Assembly (NCBI GenBank): GCA_963840455.1
Contig: CAWIYV010000007.1
Coordinates: 64,001-128,000 of the forward strand
Source of the DNA: Nitrospirota bacterium
Lineage (GTDB): Bacteria > Nitrospirota > UBA9217
DNA length: 64,000 bases
Direction: 5' to 3'
Made by a program: the position numbers and the translations under genes. Below, in pieces: positions 41,292 through 51,210 of this stretch (within the stretch, counting starts at the first letter, position 1; every line of letters starts with the position of its first letter). The notes beneath the pieces were generated by a model. It was not told where the DNA came from, made no database searches, and saw nothing but the letters and a program-made list of their open reading frames with translations.

Positions 41292-43049
41292 ATGCCTTCA
41301 ATCAAGATCCTTCCCGACAATCTCATCAACAAGATCGCCGCCGGTGAGGTGGTGGAGCGCCCGGCATCCGTGGTCAAAGAGCTCGTCGAGAACGCCATCG
41401 ATGCCGGCGCCACGGAGATATTCGTCGAAATAGAACAGTCAGGAAAGCGCCTGATCGTTGTTTCGGACAATGGCAGCGGCATGTCACGGGAGGATGCCCG
41501 GACCTCGTTCGAACGGCACGCCACGAGCAAGATAACGTCGGAGTCCGACCTTGAAAGCATCAGGACCATGGGATTCCGCGGCGAGGCGCTGTCCAGCATC
41601 GCGTCTGTGGCGCAGGTGACCATGAAGACCGCGCAGAAAGGCGCGAATACGGGGACCCTGGTCCAGATCGAGGGCGGGACGGTCAAGGCGATTGCGGACG
41701 CCGCGGCCCCGCAGGGGACCACGATCGAGGTGAACCACCTCTTCTACAACACCCCCGCACGACTGAAGTTCCTGAAAAGCGCAGCCACCGAGCTGTCGCA
41801 TGTCATTGCCGCCGTGTCCCACCAGGCGCTTGCCCGTCCCGAGATCCGGTTCCGGCTGACGCACAACAAGACGATGCTGCTTGATCTGCCGATTGCAAGC
41901 AGCATTCGGGAACGGGCGTTCTCGATATACGGGAACGAACTTGCTGACAGCCTCATGGACTTCGCAGGCGGACGAGATAGCGTCCGGGTCTACGGCCTGA
42001 TCGCCAGACCGAACTATACCCGCGGGGACCGGACCTATCAGGAGTTCTATATCAATAACAGATATGTGAAGAACGCATCGCTGACCCACGCCCTGTACGA
42101 GGCATACAAGGAACTGATCATGCGCGACCGGCATCCAGTCGCGTTCGTGTTCATCGATATCGATCCTCTTCTCGTCGACGTGAACGTCCACCCCGCCAAG
42201 GCGGAGGTCCGGTTCCGGAACCAGTCGCAGGTCCACGACCTTGTGCGGGACGTGATCCGTGAGGCCCTGGGGAGCCACGGACGCCCGACTCGGCAGGCGG
42301 ACATCGGCGGCCATGAGAGCGTACAGGGATATACGGACCGGGTGAAGGAGGCTATCGCTGATTTCACTTCCCGTTCGCCGGAATACGGTACCACACACCC
42401 TCTCTCTCCGGGCGAGGGGGCAGGGACCAGGAGCGATGTTCCGCCGCCGCGCCTCCCTGTCGCCGCGTCTTCCCGTGAGCTCTTTCCCTTCGCCCAGGTC
42501 CATGACTCCTTCATCGTCGCGCAGTCGAACGACGGCATGGCGCTCATCGATCAGCATGCCGCGCACGAACGGGTGCTGTTCGAAAAGCTCCAGGACCAGT
42601 ATGCTGCGGGGACGATCCCGGTCCAGGACCTGCTCTTCCCGGTGCAGGTGGAACTCGGCCATGCCGAGAAGGAACTGCTCGCCGAATACCTCCCCGGGCT
42701 GAACCGTCTCGGACTGCTCGTCGAGGATTTCGGCGGGGCCACGTTCGTCATCAAGGCCGTCCCCGCTCTCCTGGCCAATGGGGACCATAAAAGGCTTCTC
42801 ATCGATATCATCGACGAGATCAAGGTCCACGGAAAAAGCGGGAAGATGGATGCGCTTCGCGACGAGGTCCTGAGCGTCATGGCATGCCATCCGGCCATCA
42901 AGGTCCACCGCAGGTTGAGCATGCAGGAGATGGAGGGCCTCATCCGGGACCTCTTTGCCTGCCGCATGCCCCACTCGTGCCCCCACGGCCGTCCGACGAT
43001 AGTGCGGTTCTCGATGGAAGATATCAAGAAGATGTTCAAGAGGACATGA
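41292..43049 (+). CDS. mutL: DNA mismatch repair endonuclease MutL
   Basis: IAAGEVVERPASVVKELVEN, GFRGEAL, DVNVHPAK, DQHAAHER, CPHGRP. Confidence 0.97.
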   Translation: MPSIKILPDNLINKIAAGEVVERPASVVKELVENAIDAGATEIFVEIEQSGKRLIVVSDNGSGMSREDARTSFERHATSKITSESDLESIRTMGFRGEALSSIASVAQVTMKTAQKGANTGTLVQIEGGTVKAIADAAAPQGTTIEVNHLFYNTPARLKFLKSAATELSHVIAAVSHQALARPEIRFRLTHNKTMLLDLPIASSIRERAFSIYGNELADSLMDFAGGRDSVRVYGLIARPNYTRGDRTYQEFYINNRYVKNASLTHALYEAYKELIMRDRHPVAFVFIDIDPLLVDVNVHPAKAEVRFRNQSQVHDLVRDVIREALGSHGRPTRQADIGGHESVQGYTDRVKEAIADFTSRSPEYGTTHPLSPGEGAGTRSDVPPPRLPVAASSRELFPFAQVHDSFIVAQSNDGMALIDQHAAHERVLFEKLQDQYAAGTIPVQDLLFPVQVELGHAEKELLAEYLPGLNRLGLLVEDFGGATFVIKAVPALLANGDHKRLLIDIIDEIKVHGKSGKMDALRDEVLSVMACHPAIKVHRRLSMQEMEGLIRDLFACRMPHSCPHGRPTIVRFSMEDIKKMFKRT

Positions 43050-43068
43050 TTATGAGGAGGGAAGTTCG

Positions 43069-43818
43069 ATGATGGACTGGCTGACCAATCCGGAAGCATG
43101 GATCGCACTTCTGACGCTCACAGCGCTCGAGATCGTGCTGGGCATCGACAACATCATCTTTATCTCCATCCTCGTCAACAGGCTGCCGGATCACCAGCGG
43201 CAGAAGGGCAGGGTGCTCGGGCTCGGCTTTGCCATGGTGACGCGCATCCTGCTGCTGCTCTCGATCACCTGGGTCATGAAGCTGACCTCACCGCTGTTCA
43301 CCGTTCTCGCGAAGGATATCTCGGGGCGTGACATCATTCTCATCGGCGGGGGGCTCTTCCTGCTCTGGAAGAGCACCGTGGAGATCCACGAAAGCCTGGA
43401 GGGGGCGGGTGAGGAGCGCACGGCAGGCGCGCTTGCCGGCTTCGCCGCGACCATCGCCCAGATCGCCATCATCGACATCATCTTCTCGCTTGATTCGGTG
43501 ATCACCGCCGTGGGGCTGGCGCAGGACGTAGCAGTTATGATCATCGCCATCATCGCGGCAGTCGTGGTCATGATGTTCGCGTCGAAGGGGATCGGCGAGT
43601 TCGTGGACCGCCACCCGACCATCAAGGTGCTGGCGCTCAGTTTCCTTGTGGTGATCGGGGTCACGCTGATCGCCGAGGGGTTCGGCTGGCACGTGCCGCG
43701 GGGATACATCTACTTCGCCATGGCCTTCTCCACGATTGTGGAGATGCTGAACATCAGGATGCGGAAGAAGGCTCAACCGGTGAAGCTGCATAAGGCAGTC
43801 GTCGACAAGCCCGAATAA
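43069..43818 (+). CDS. TerC family membrane protein
   Basis: LEIVLGIDNIIF, DIIFSLDSVITAVG, HVPRGYIYFAMAFS. Confidence 0.93.
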   Translation: MMDWLTNPEAWIALLTLTALEIVLGIDNIIFISILVNRLPDHQRQKGRVLGLGFAMVTRILLLLSITWVMKLTSPLFTVLAKDISGRDIILIGGGLFLLWKSTVEIHESLEGAGEERTAGALAGFAATIAQIAIIDIIFSLDSVITAVGLAQDVAVMIIAIIAAVVVMMFASKGIGEFVDRHPTIKVLALSFLVVIGVTLIAEGFGWHVPRGYIYFAMAFSTIVEMLNIRMRKKAQPVKLHKAVVDKPE

Positions 43819-43819
43819 T

Positions 43820-44770
43820 ATGCCTTCCGAACAGAAGCCCATCCTCATCCTCGCAGGGCCCACCGCGGTCGGAAAGACCGAAGCCTCGCTCCTGCTCGCC
43901 CGGGAGTGGGGTGCGGAGATCGTAAGCGCGGACTCGATGCAGATCTACCGCGGCATGGACATCGGGACGGCAAAGCCCTCTCCGGAGCAGCGGGCGCTGG
44001 TCTACCACCACATGATCGATATCGTGGACCCTGCCCAGCCCTACAGTGTCGGCGATTATCTCCGTGATGCGCGGAACGCCATCGACGGCATCCTGAAGAG
44101 CGGGGGCACGCCCGTCGTGGTGGGGGGGACGGGCCTGTACATCCGAGCTTTGATGCGCGGGCTGCTGCACGGGCCGCCGGCGGACATGGAGCTGCGGGAG
44201 CGGCTCCTGAGGAAGGAATCCGATAACGGCGAGGGAACGCTCTACGCGGACCTCGTCAGGCTCGATCCCGAGGCGGCCATCAAGATCCACCCGAATGACC
44301 TGCGGCGCACGATCAGGGCGCTGGAGGTGTACTACATCAGGGATCGGAAGCTTTCGGACCTCCAGAAGACCCACGCCTTTCAAGAGAAGACGCATGCGTT
44401 CCGGCTCCTCTTCCTGGTCAGGGGCCGGTCCGAGCTCTACCCGCGCATCGAACAGCGCGTGGACCAGATGATCTCCCTGGGGCTCGAGGACGAGGTCAAG
44501 AGGCTGATCCTGAAAGGGTACAGCAGAGACCTCATTTCCATGCAGGCCATCGGATACAGCCATTTTATCGATTATTTCAACAACCGGGCATCCTTCGAGG
44601 AGACTGTGGACCTTCTGAAGCGGGACACCAGGCGGTTCGCGAAGCGACAGTTCACCTGGTTCAGGCGGGAGCCGGACGCCCGGTGGGTGGACATCACGGG
44701 GCTCGAAACGCCCGGGGAAATAGTGCGGAAGATAAAGAAAACCATTGAAATTCCAGATAACTTGGTATAA
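43820..44770 (+). CDS. miaA: tRNA dimethylallyltransferase
   Basis: GPTAVGKT, SADSMQIYRGMDIGTAKP, GGTGLY, FAKRQFTW. Confidence 0.97.
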   Translation: MPSEQKPILILAGPTAVGKTEASLLLAREWGAEIVSADSMQIYRGMDIGTAKPSPEQRALVYHHMIDIVDPAQPYSVGDYLRDARNAIDGILKSGGTPVVVGGTGLYIRALMRGLLHGPPADMELRERLLRKESDNGEGTLYADLVRLDPEAAIKIHPNDLRRTIRALEVYYIRDRKLSDLQKTHAFQEKTHAFRLLFLVRGRSELYPRIEQRVDQMISLGLEDEVKRLILKGYSRDLISMQAIGYSHFIDYFNNRASFEETVDLLKRDTRRFAKRQFTWFRREPDARWVDITGLETPGEIVRKIKKTIEIPDNLV

Positions 44771-44841
44771 GATTGCAAAACTACAAAAATGGTTTGTGCG
44801 GTGCGGGATAATACTCTTGTTCCCGCGCCCCGGAGGATTTG

Positions 44842-45114
44842 ATGGGCAAGTCGCAGGTGAATCTGCAGGACATCTTCTTGAACCAGATGCGCAAGGAAAA
44901 GATCCCCGTGACCATGTACCTGGTGAACGGAGCCCGCATATCCGGGACCATCAAGGGCTTCGATAACTTCGTAATCCTCATGAAGCAGGAGAACCAGCAG
45001 CTCGTTTACAAACATGCCATCTCGACCATCATCCCCGAGAAGCCGGTAGAGCTTCTCGAAGGCATTGAAGCAAAGAAAGAGGCCGACCCGGCATCCGGAA
45101 CGGCGCAAAGCTAG
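44842..45114 (+). CDS. hfq: RNA chaperone Hfq
   Basis: [26 protein letters not shown]. Confidence 0.97.
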   Translation: MGKSQVNLQDIFLNQMRKEKIPVTMYLVNGARISGTIKGFDNFVILMKQENQQLVYKHAISTIIPEKPVELLEGIEAKKEADPASGTAQS

Positions 45115-45119
45115 ACCTG

Positions 45120-45204
45120 TTACCGCAGAGCACGCAGAGACCGTTGAGAAAGGATCTTGTTCCGGGCTGTCCTTTCGAGCACGCTCCGCGGTCTCCGCGG
45201 TTAA
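45120..45204. repeat. Gene-less 9-bp-period inverted-repeat element (E5)
   Basis: TTACCGCAGAGCACGCAGAGACCGTTGAGAA ... CTCCGCGGTCTCCGCGGTTAA. Confidence 0.8.
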
Positions 45205-45224
45205 ACTATTTAAGGACATCAAGA

Positions 45225-46115
45225 ATGGCGAAAAGGACCGCACGAACGGAACAGGCGGCTGTCGGTGTCATCGGCGGCAGTGGCCTCTACGAGATCGAGG
45301 GGCTCACGAACATCAGGTCCACCAAGGTCGCCACACCCTTCGGAAGACCGTCGGACGACTATATCGTCGGCACGCTCCACGGCATGCGGATCGCGTTCCT
45401 CCCGCGCCATGGACGGGGCCACCGCATCATGCCCACGGATATCAACTACCGGGCGAACATCTACGGGATGAAGAAGCTGGGCGTGGAGCGGATCATCTCG
45501 GTCAGCGCCGTGGGCAGCATGAAGGAAGAGATCAAGCCGGGGGACATCGTGGTCCCGGACCAGTTCTATGATCATACGAAGCACCGCCGAAGCACGTTCT
45601 TTGGGAATGGCATTGTCGCCCACGTGGGGATGGCGGACCCGGTATGCGCCGGCCTCTGCTCGGTGCTGATCGATGCGGGGATCAAGGTCGGGGCAACGGT
45701 CCACCGGGGCGGCACCTACCTCTGCATGGAGGGTCCGCAGTTCTCAACCCGGGCCGAGTCCATGACCTACCGCGAATGGAACGTAGATGTCATCGGCATG
45801 ACGAACGCCACCGAGGCCAAGCTTGCGCGGGAGGCGGAGATCTGCTACAGCACCATCGCCTTGGCCACGGACTATGACTGCTGGCACCACAGTGAAGAGG
45901 CCGTGACGGTCGAAGCGGTGCTCGCCGTGATGAAGCACAACATCGAAACGTCCAAGGCCATGATCCGCCGGGCGGTCCAGATGCTGCCAAAGATGCGGGC
46001 CTGCGGATGCGGTGAGGCGCTCCGGAACACCATCATGACGCCGGCAAAGCTTGTCCCGGCGAAGACGAAGAAGGACCTCGCGCCGATCATCGGGAAGTAT
46101 CTGAAAAACAAATAA
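45225..46115 (+). CDS. mtnP: S-methyl-5'-thioadenosine phosphorylase
   Basis: IGGSG, PRHG, SAVGS, EGPQFSTRAES, IGMT, ATDYDCW. Confidence 0.95.
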   Translation: MAKRTARTEQAAVGVIGGSGLYEIEGLTNIRSTKVATPFGRPSDDYIVGTLHGMRIAFLPRHGRGHRIMPTDINYRANIYGMKKLGVERIISVSAVGSMKEEIKPGDIVVPDQFYDHTKHRRSTFFGNGIVAHVGMADPVCAGLCSVLIDAGIKVGATVHRGGTYLCMEGPQFSTRAESMTYREWNVDVIGMTNATEAKLAREAEICYSTIALATDYDCWHHSEEAVTVEAVLAVMKHNIETSKAMIRRAVQMLPKMRACGCGEALRNTIMTPAKLVPAKTKKDLAPIIGKYLKNK

Positions 46116-46121
46116 CAAAGC

Positions 46122-46208
46122 TTTTTTACCGCAGAGGTCGCAGAGGACGCAGATGGTTCATTGATATTGAATTCTTTCTCCGCGGTCTCCGCGTGCTCTG
46201 CGGTGAAA
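46122..46208. repeat. Gene-less 9-bp-period inverted-repeat element (E6)
   Basis: TTTTTTACCGCAGAGGTCGCAGAGGACGCAGA ... TCTCCGCGGTCTCCGCGTGCTCTGCGGTGAAA. Confidence 0.85.
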
Positions 46209-46235
46209 TGATCTATTATTGTTTTGGAGGTTGTT

Positions 46236-47144
46236 GTGAGTTTGCTCGTCGTGGGCACCGTGGCCCTGGATTCGGTCAAGACGCCCTTCGGGAACGTGGA
46301 CAATGCGCTCGGCGGGTCCGCCACCTATTTCTCCACATCGGCCAGCTATTTCACCGACGTGCGGCTCGTGGCGGTCATCGGCGAGGACTTCCCCAAGGAG
46401 CACATCAACTTTCTCAAGAGCAAGAGCATTGATGTCCGCGGATTGGAGGTCCAGAAGGGCCAGACCTTCCGATGGAAGGGTGAATACGGTTATGATCTGA
46501 ACGAAGCCCGCACGCTTGCCACGGACCTGAACGTGCTTGCCACGTTCAAGCCGACCATCGTGGAGGACTACCGGGGCTCCGATGTGGTGTTCCTCGCGAA
46601 CATCGATCCGGAGATCCAGCTTGATGTCCTCCGCCAGGTAAAACGGCCCAAGCTGGTTGCCTGTGACACGATGAACTACTGGATATCCAGCAAGCTCGAC
46701 GCCCTGAAGCGGACGCTCAAGGAGGTAGATCTCCTGACCATCAATGAAGGTGAGGTGCGGCAGCTCGCGGGCGAGGCCGGACTGGTGAAGGCGGCGAAGG
46801 CCGTCCAGGCCATGGGCCCGAAGACCGTCGTCGTGAAGCAGGGGAGCTATGGGGCGCTCATGTTCCACGAACACAGCGTGTTCAGCGCACCAGCCTATCC
46901 GCTCGAGTCCGTGTTCGATCCCACGGGCGCCGGTGATTCCTTTGCCGGAGGTTTCATGGGATACCTGGCGAACACCATGAACTTCACCGAGACGAGCATG
47001 CGGCAGGCAGTCATTTTCGGAAGCGTCATGGCGTCGCTGAACGTGGAATCCTTCAGCCTTGACAGGCTGCGCAGCCTGGACTACAAGGAGATCGAGGGAC
47101 GCTATCGGGAATTCAAGAAGCTTACGCATTTCGAAGATATCTGA
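46236..47144 (+). CDS. PfkB/ribokinase-family kinase
   Basis: GGSATY, DTMNYWI, DPTGAGDSFAGG. Confidence 0.92.
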   Translation: MSLLVVGTVALDSVKTPFGNVDNALGGSATYFSTSASYFTDVRLVAVIGEDFPKEHINFLKSKSIDVRGLEVQKGQTFRWKGEYGYDLNEARTLATDLNVLATFKPTIVEDYRGSDVVFLANIDPEIQLDVLRQVKRPKLVACDTMNYWISSKLDALKRTLKEVDLLTINEGEVRQLAGEAGLVKAAKAVQAMGPKTVVVKQGSYGALMFHEHSVFSAPAYPLESVFDPTGAGDSFAGGFMGYLANTMNFTETSMRQAVIFGSVMASLNVESFSLDRLRSLDYKEIEGRYREFKKLTHFEDI

Positions 47145-47201
47145 CATAACGCGTCGCGGGTCCCGGGCCGTATGATCAATCCACAGGGGTAAGGATATTG
47201 T

Positions 47202-48500
47202 ATGTTTACCATCAACAATAGTTTGACCGACCTGAAGGTCAAAGAGCGGAATATCTACAAGATACTGTATTCGATGAACAGCCCCCAGGTGGCGACTCCA
47301 GAGCTGGGTGTCGAAGAAGCGCGGTGTTATGTTCTGTTCTTCAGTGAAGGGCAGAACCTGTCGGCGTACATCGGCCTGTACCTTCCCGGCACCGACAGGA
47401 AGATCTTTTACGCGTATACGTCCAACCCGTTCCCGTTCGAAGCGGGGCCCGAAGTCGAAGTGGAAGCAACGGGCTTCGCCGAGGACATGGGGTTCCTGCT
47501 TGATGAGATCAGCGTGAGCGGCATGCCGGTCGATGACCGCAATCGGTGGATCGAGGAGCAGTACATCTTCGGCTATAAGAAACCGGAGCTTGAAAAAGCT
47601 GCCGTCGAGGTGAAGGAAGAGGAGAAGCCGGTTGCGGCCACCAAGGAAGAGGCCCCCGCGGCTCCGCCGAAAACGGAAACTCTAGCGACCCCTGCTCCTG
47701 CAGAACCTGCTCCCGTAGAACCTGCTGCTGCAGTACCGGCACCTGCTGCCAAGCCGGTGCCTGCTTCGGCGCCGTCCCCGGAGCCTGAGTCGCCTGCAGT
47801 TCCCGTGCTGAATGTTCCGACGCCACAGCCGCAGCAGCAGTCCTATCCCCCGTATCAGCAACAGCCGCAGCAACAGGGGCAGCCTGCGCCGCCTCAATAT
47901 CCGCCACAGCAGCCCCTGCAACAGCCGCCGCAATATCCTCTTCAGCAGGGTCAACCGTACGGCCAGCCGCAGCAGCCCTACGGCCAGCCGCAGCAGCCCT
48001 ACGGTCAGCCGCAGCAGCCCTACGGTCAGCCGCAGCAATACCCTCCTCAACAGGATAAACAATACGGTCAGCCTCAACAACCCTATGGCCAGCCTCCACA
48101 GGCGTATCAGCAGTACCCGCCGCAGGCGCCGCAGCACGGACAGCCGGTCCCGAGCCTGTACCCGCCGCCTCAGCCTCCTCAGCAGGTCCATATTCCGCCG
48201 GCAGCACCGCCGCAGAAAAAGACCGCGCCTGCAGCGCCGCCCAAAGCGCCGGTTGTCAAGAAGAAGGCCCAGAAGTCCGCTTCCCCGCCGCCGCCCCGTG
48301 GAGAAGAGCCCGAGGAAGAGGTGCCCGTCGAAACCGAGATGGTTCCCGCTCCCCAGCGTCCGTCCAGTTTATTCGAGGAGGCCCTCAAGGAAGGGGTGGT
48401 GAAACCGCCAAGACCCAAAGCAGCAAAGGCGGTCCGCAGTGCAGCAGGAGTCGTTGCGAGGGATAAAGAAGCCCTTGCCCGACTGCTTTCGTCATTTTGA
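47202..48500 (+). CDS. Hypothetical protein with globular N-terminus and long Pro/Gln-rich repeat region
   Basis: 432-aa ORF; PQQPYGQ repeats; short C-terminal helix EALARLLSSF; upstream of a TPR lipoprotein. Confidence 0.8.
   Translation: MFTINNSLTDLKVKERNIYKILYSMNSPQVATPELGVEEARCYVLFFSEGQNLSAYIGLYLPGTDRKIFYAYTSNPFPFEAGPEVEVEATGFAEDMGFLLDEISVSGMPVDDRNRWIEEQYIFGYKKPELEKAAVEVKEEEKPVAATKEEAPAAPPKTETLATPAPAEPAPVEPAAAVPAPAAKPVPASAPSPEPESPAVPVLNVPTPQPQQQSYPPYQQQPQQQGQPAPPQYPPQQPLQQPPQYPLQQGQPYGQPQQPYGQPQQPYGQPQQPYGQPQQYPPQQDKQYGQPQQPYGQPPQAYQQYPPQAPQHGQPVPSLYPPPQPPQQVHIPPAAPPQKKTAPAAPPKAPVVKKKAQKSASPPPPRGEEPEEEVPVETEMVPAPQRPSSLFEEALKEGVVKPPRPKAAKAVRSAAGVVARDKEALARLLSSF
47964..48037 (+). repeat. 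In-frame 21-bp tandem repeat (about 3.5 copies)
   Basis: CAGCCGCAGCAGCCCTACGG(C/T) at 47964, 47985, 48006 and partial at 48027. Confidence 0.9.
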
Positions 48501-48656
48501 ATCCAGGAGCGAGCGCATTCCCGCAGCTTGCTGCGGGGTTAGCGAGCGATGAGAGTAAGGATACTTCCTTAAGGATCGAAGATTCCCTGTAGCTTGCTGC
48601 AGGGAGCTTCAATCCAGAAAACTGGCTCGATTCCCGTCGTGTGCTGCGGGGGCTTC
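48500..48656 (-). mobile_element. Tandem of two TT|C-inserting hairpin elements (111 bp and 46 bp)
   Basis: Reverse complement of 48500-48610 reads GAAGCTCCCTGCAGCAAGCTACAGGGAATC...CTCGCTCCTGGATT|CAAA; the junction falls in the TGA stop of the upstream gene. Confidence 0.85.
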
Positions 48657-48777
48657 AACGTCCTGTTCCTGCGCTTTTCCCGGGACGGCTCGAACGATCA
48701 ACGTGAAGAAGGATGAATCCGTAGACATCGAAGGGTCCCTGCGGTTCCGCAGCGGCGCATATCAAAGGAGCAAATGC

Positions 48778-49551
48778 ATGAGAAGATTGTTAGCAACCAT
48801 CCTTGTTCTGGCGCTTGCCGGCTGCGCTACGACCGGCACGACGACGGACAAGACCAAGATGGCTGAAGGATACTATGGACGGGGGCTCTCGCACCTGCAG
48901 AACAAGGATTACGAAAAGGCGCTGGTTGAGTTCCAGCGTTCGATCAATACTGATCCGAAGTACAAGATGTCCTACTATGCCACGGGCATGGTCTACGATT
49001 TGATGGGCAAGTACGGGGACGCTGAAAAGAACTATAAAGAAGCGCTCGATATCGATTCCGAGTTCTCCGACGCTCATAACGCCCTGGGCACGGTCTACAT
49101 GAAGCAGAAAAAGTGGAAGGAAGCCCTCAAATCCTTCCAGCGGGCGCTGAACAACAAATTGTATGCAACGCCGAACATCACTTATGTTAATATGGGCGAC
49201 GTCTATATGACCCTGGAGGATTATCCAAAGGCGGCCGAAGCATATCGTGAGGCAAAACGGTACGCGAGCCAGGATTACATCATTTACCGCCTTGGTATGG
49301 CCCTGATGAAGGCGGGCAGCACGAAAGAGGCCATCGGTGAGTTTCAGGAAGGGGTCACCCTGACCCCGAAGAATTCGGAAATGCGGCTTGCCCTCGCCCT
49401 TGCGCTCCTTAAAGACGGCAACAAACGGTCCGCGCTCGCGGAATTCCGGAAGGTCGTCGAGCTTGATCCGCAGAGCGATAGTGCGAAGGTCGCCAGGGAC
49501 TACATCAGAACGCTGGACCCCGCAGCTGCGAAAAAACAGAAAACATTGTAA
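48778..49551 (+). CDS. TPR lipoprotein (PilF/PilW/Tgl-like)
   Basis: Lipobox LALAGC, serial TPRs, AL.N.LYATP motif; precedes rodZ. Confidence 0.8.
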   Translation: MRRLLATILVLALAGCATTGTTTDKTKMAEGYYGRGLSHLQNKDYEKALVEFQRSINTDPKYKMSYYATGMVYDLMGKYGDAEKNYKEALDIDSEFSDAHNALGTVYMKQKKWKEALKSFQRALNNKLYATPNITYVNMGDVYMTLEDYPKAAEAYREAKRYASQDYIIYRLGMALMKAGSTKEAIGEFQEGVTLTPKNSEMRLALALALLKDGNKRSALAEFRKVVELDPQSDSAKVARDYIRTLDPAAAKKQKTL

Positions 49552-49566
49552 CTCCGAGGAAATAGA

Positions 49567-50529
49567 ATGGGCACATTAGGATCCTATTTGCGATCAGCGC
49601 GGGAAGTTCGGGGCCTGGACCTCCGGGACGCCGCACAGCAGACGCGCATCAGCATCAGCTACCTGAAGGCCATCGAGGATGAGGATTTTTCCAAGCTGCC
49701 TGGCGAGGTCTTCGTCAGGGGATTTTTGAAGAACTATGCGAGGTTCCTCGGTCTTCCTGACGATGAGGTCATGAAACGGTACGGCGAGCTCGGCAAGCCC
49801 CAGTCCGCCCCCGCTTCAGCGCCGGTCCCCGATGCTCCCCGGGTGGAGCAGCAGAGGCACGAGCCTGTGGAGACGCATGCTCCCGGACCGGAGCCTGCGC
49901 ATCCAGGCCGCATGGGGGTGGAGCCGTTCCTTTGGGCCGGAGCTATCGTCATCGGACTGGTTGTCTTCATCCTCACCGCCATGCCCGCGAAGAGGCCTGC
50001 CAATAAAGAGGCCGGTTCCGCTGTCTCGAAGACCACGGCGACCGAGCATGTCCAGACCGCCTTGACCCCGACGGGAATTCCGGAAAAGTTGTACCTCAAT
50101 ATTGTCGCGCTTGAGGACGTGTGGGTGCTTGTCAGGACCGATTCCAGCCCTCAGAAGAAGGCCACCCTGAAGAAGGGGGAGAGCGTGACCTGGAGCGCCG
50201 ATGAACGATTTCTGCTGAGCTACGGCAGCGTGGGCGCGGCGAAACTGGAGCTGAACGGGAAAGAGCTGGTGGTGAACGGACCAAAGAACGCCATTGTGCG
50301 CGACCTGATCATTACCTCGGCAGGGATCGCCTTCCAGAAGGTGGAGTCCGAAAAGCCGAAACCGCTCAAGCCGAAGCCGGTGACCCGGGTGACGCCTACG
50401 GCCCAGCCGCAGCTCACTCCGCAGATACCCATGACTCTTGAACCGCAGGCCCCGGCGCCGCCGGCATCTGAGCCCACACAGGAACGGGCGACTCCCGTGG
50501 CGCCGATCTTCCCGCCCCCCCCGGACTAA
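49567..50529 (+). CDS. rodZ: RodZ-like protein (HTH, TM, DUF4115)
   Basis: LGSYLRSARE...TRI...YLKAIE...FVRGFLKNYARFLGL; one TM segment. Confidence 0.85.
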   Translation: MGTLGSYLRSAREVRGLDLRDAAQQTRISISYLKAIEDEDFSKLPGEVFVRGFLKNYARFLGLPDDEVMKRYGELGKPQSAPASAPVPDAPRVEQQRHEPVETHAPGPEPAHPGRMGVEPFLWAGAIVIGLVVFILTAMPAKRPANKEAGSAVSKTTATEHVQTALTPTGIPEKLYLNIVALEDVWVLVRTDSSPQKKATLKKGESVTWSADERFLLSYGSVGAAKLELNGKELVVNGPKNAIVRDLIITSAGIAFQKVESEKPKPLKPKPVTRVTPTAQPQLTPQIPMTLEPQAPAPPASEPTQERATPVAPIFPPPPD

Positions 50530-50551
50530 CCGTTCAGCTGCGGGCTGACCC

Positions 50552-50579
50552 TTGACAATAAGGGGTCTTTTGATATGAT
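50552..50579 (+). promoter_or_regulatory. Sigma70-like promoter of the beta-barrel gene
   Basis: TTGACA-16 bp-TATGAT with TG extension. Confidence 0.6.
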
Positions 50580-50613
50580 CTTGCATTAATCGTTTAAGGA
50601 AAGGGGACCACAT

Positions 50614-51153
50614 ATGAAAAGAACGTTGTCGTTGATAGCGCTTGCAGTGACGCTCATCGCAACGCCGGCTATGGCAAAGGAAGGGTTCTACCTGGGTGTG
50701 AACCTGCTGTTTAACGACATCAGCGGGGATATCAATTCAGGGGACACGTTTGATAGTGGGGACGGATTGGGTCTGCGCGGCGGATATGGTCTGAACCGGT
50801 ATCTTGCGATCGAGGCGGGTATCTGGAAGACGAGGCATGACCTGAAATATGGCGGGAATGCCGCCGACTTGAAGGCGGGAACGCTCGACCTCAAGATCAA
50901 CTTTCCGCTCTCCGGAAGTCATATTGAACCCTATCTGCTGGCAGGTGTAGGGACCTATACCCTCGAGCAGAACGGTTTCTCTGAGGATGGCAAGGGCGGC
51001 CGGATTGGCATTGGTATGGACATCTACCTGTTCCCTGAAATGAACTTCAATGTTGGGCTGACACGGAACAATGTCACTTTTACGCACAATGGCAACGATG
51101 TGGACGGAAAGATCACGACTCTTGATTTCGGCTTCACCTACCACTTCATCTAG
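50614..51153 (+). CDS. Outer-membrane beta-barrel protein (OMP_b-brl type)
   Basis: Signal peptide, GFYLG, GYGLNRYLAIE, PYLLAGVG, C-terminal YHF. Confidence 0.85.
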   Translation: MKRTLSLIALAVTLIATPAMAKEGFYLGVNLLFNDISGDINSGDTFDSGDGLGLRGGYGLNRYLAIEAGIWKTRHDLKYGGNAADLKAGTLDLKINFPLSGSHIEPYLLAGVGTYTLEQNGFSEDGKGGRIGIGMDIYLFPEMNFNVGLTRNNVTFTHNGNDVDGKITTLDFGFTYHFI

Positions 51154-51175
51154 CGGCTCAGTCGTACATTCACCG

Positions 51176-51210
51176 TAGCCGGCATCACATGATGCCGGCT
51201 ATTTCCTTTT
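51176..51210. terminator. Hairpin terminator between convergent genes
   Basis: TAGCCGGCATCA-CA-TGATGCCGGCTA perfect stem followed by TTTCCTTTT. Confidence 0.65.
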
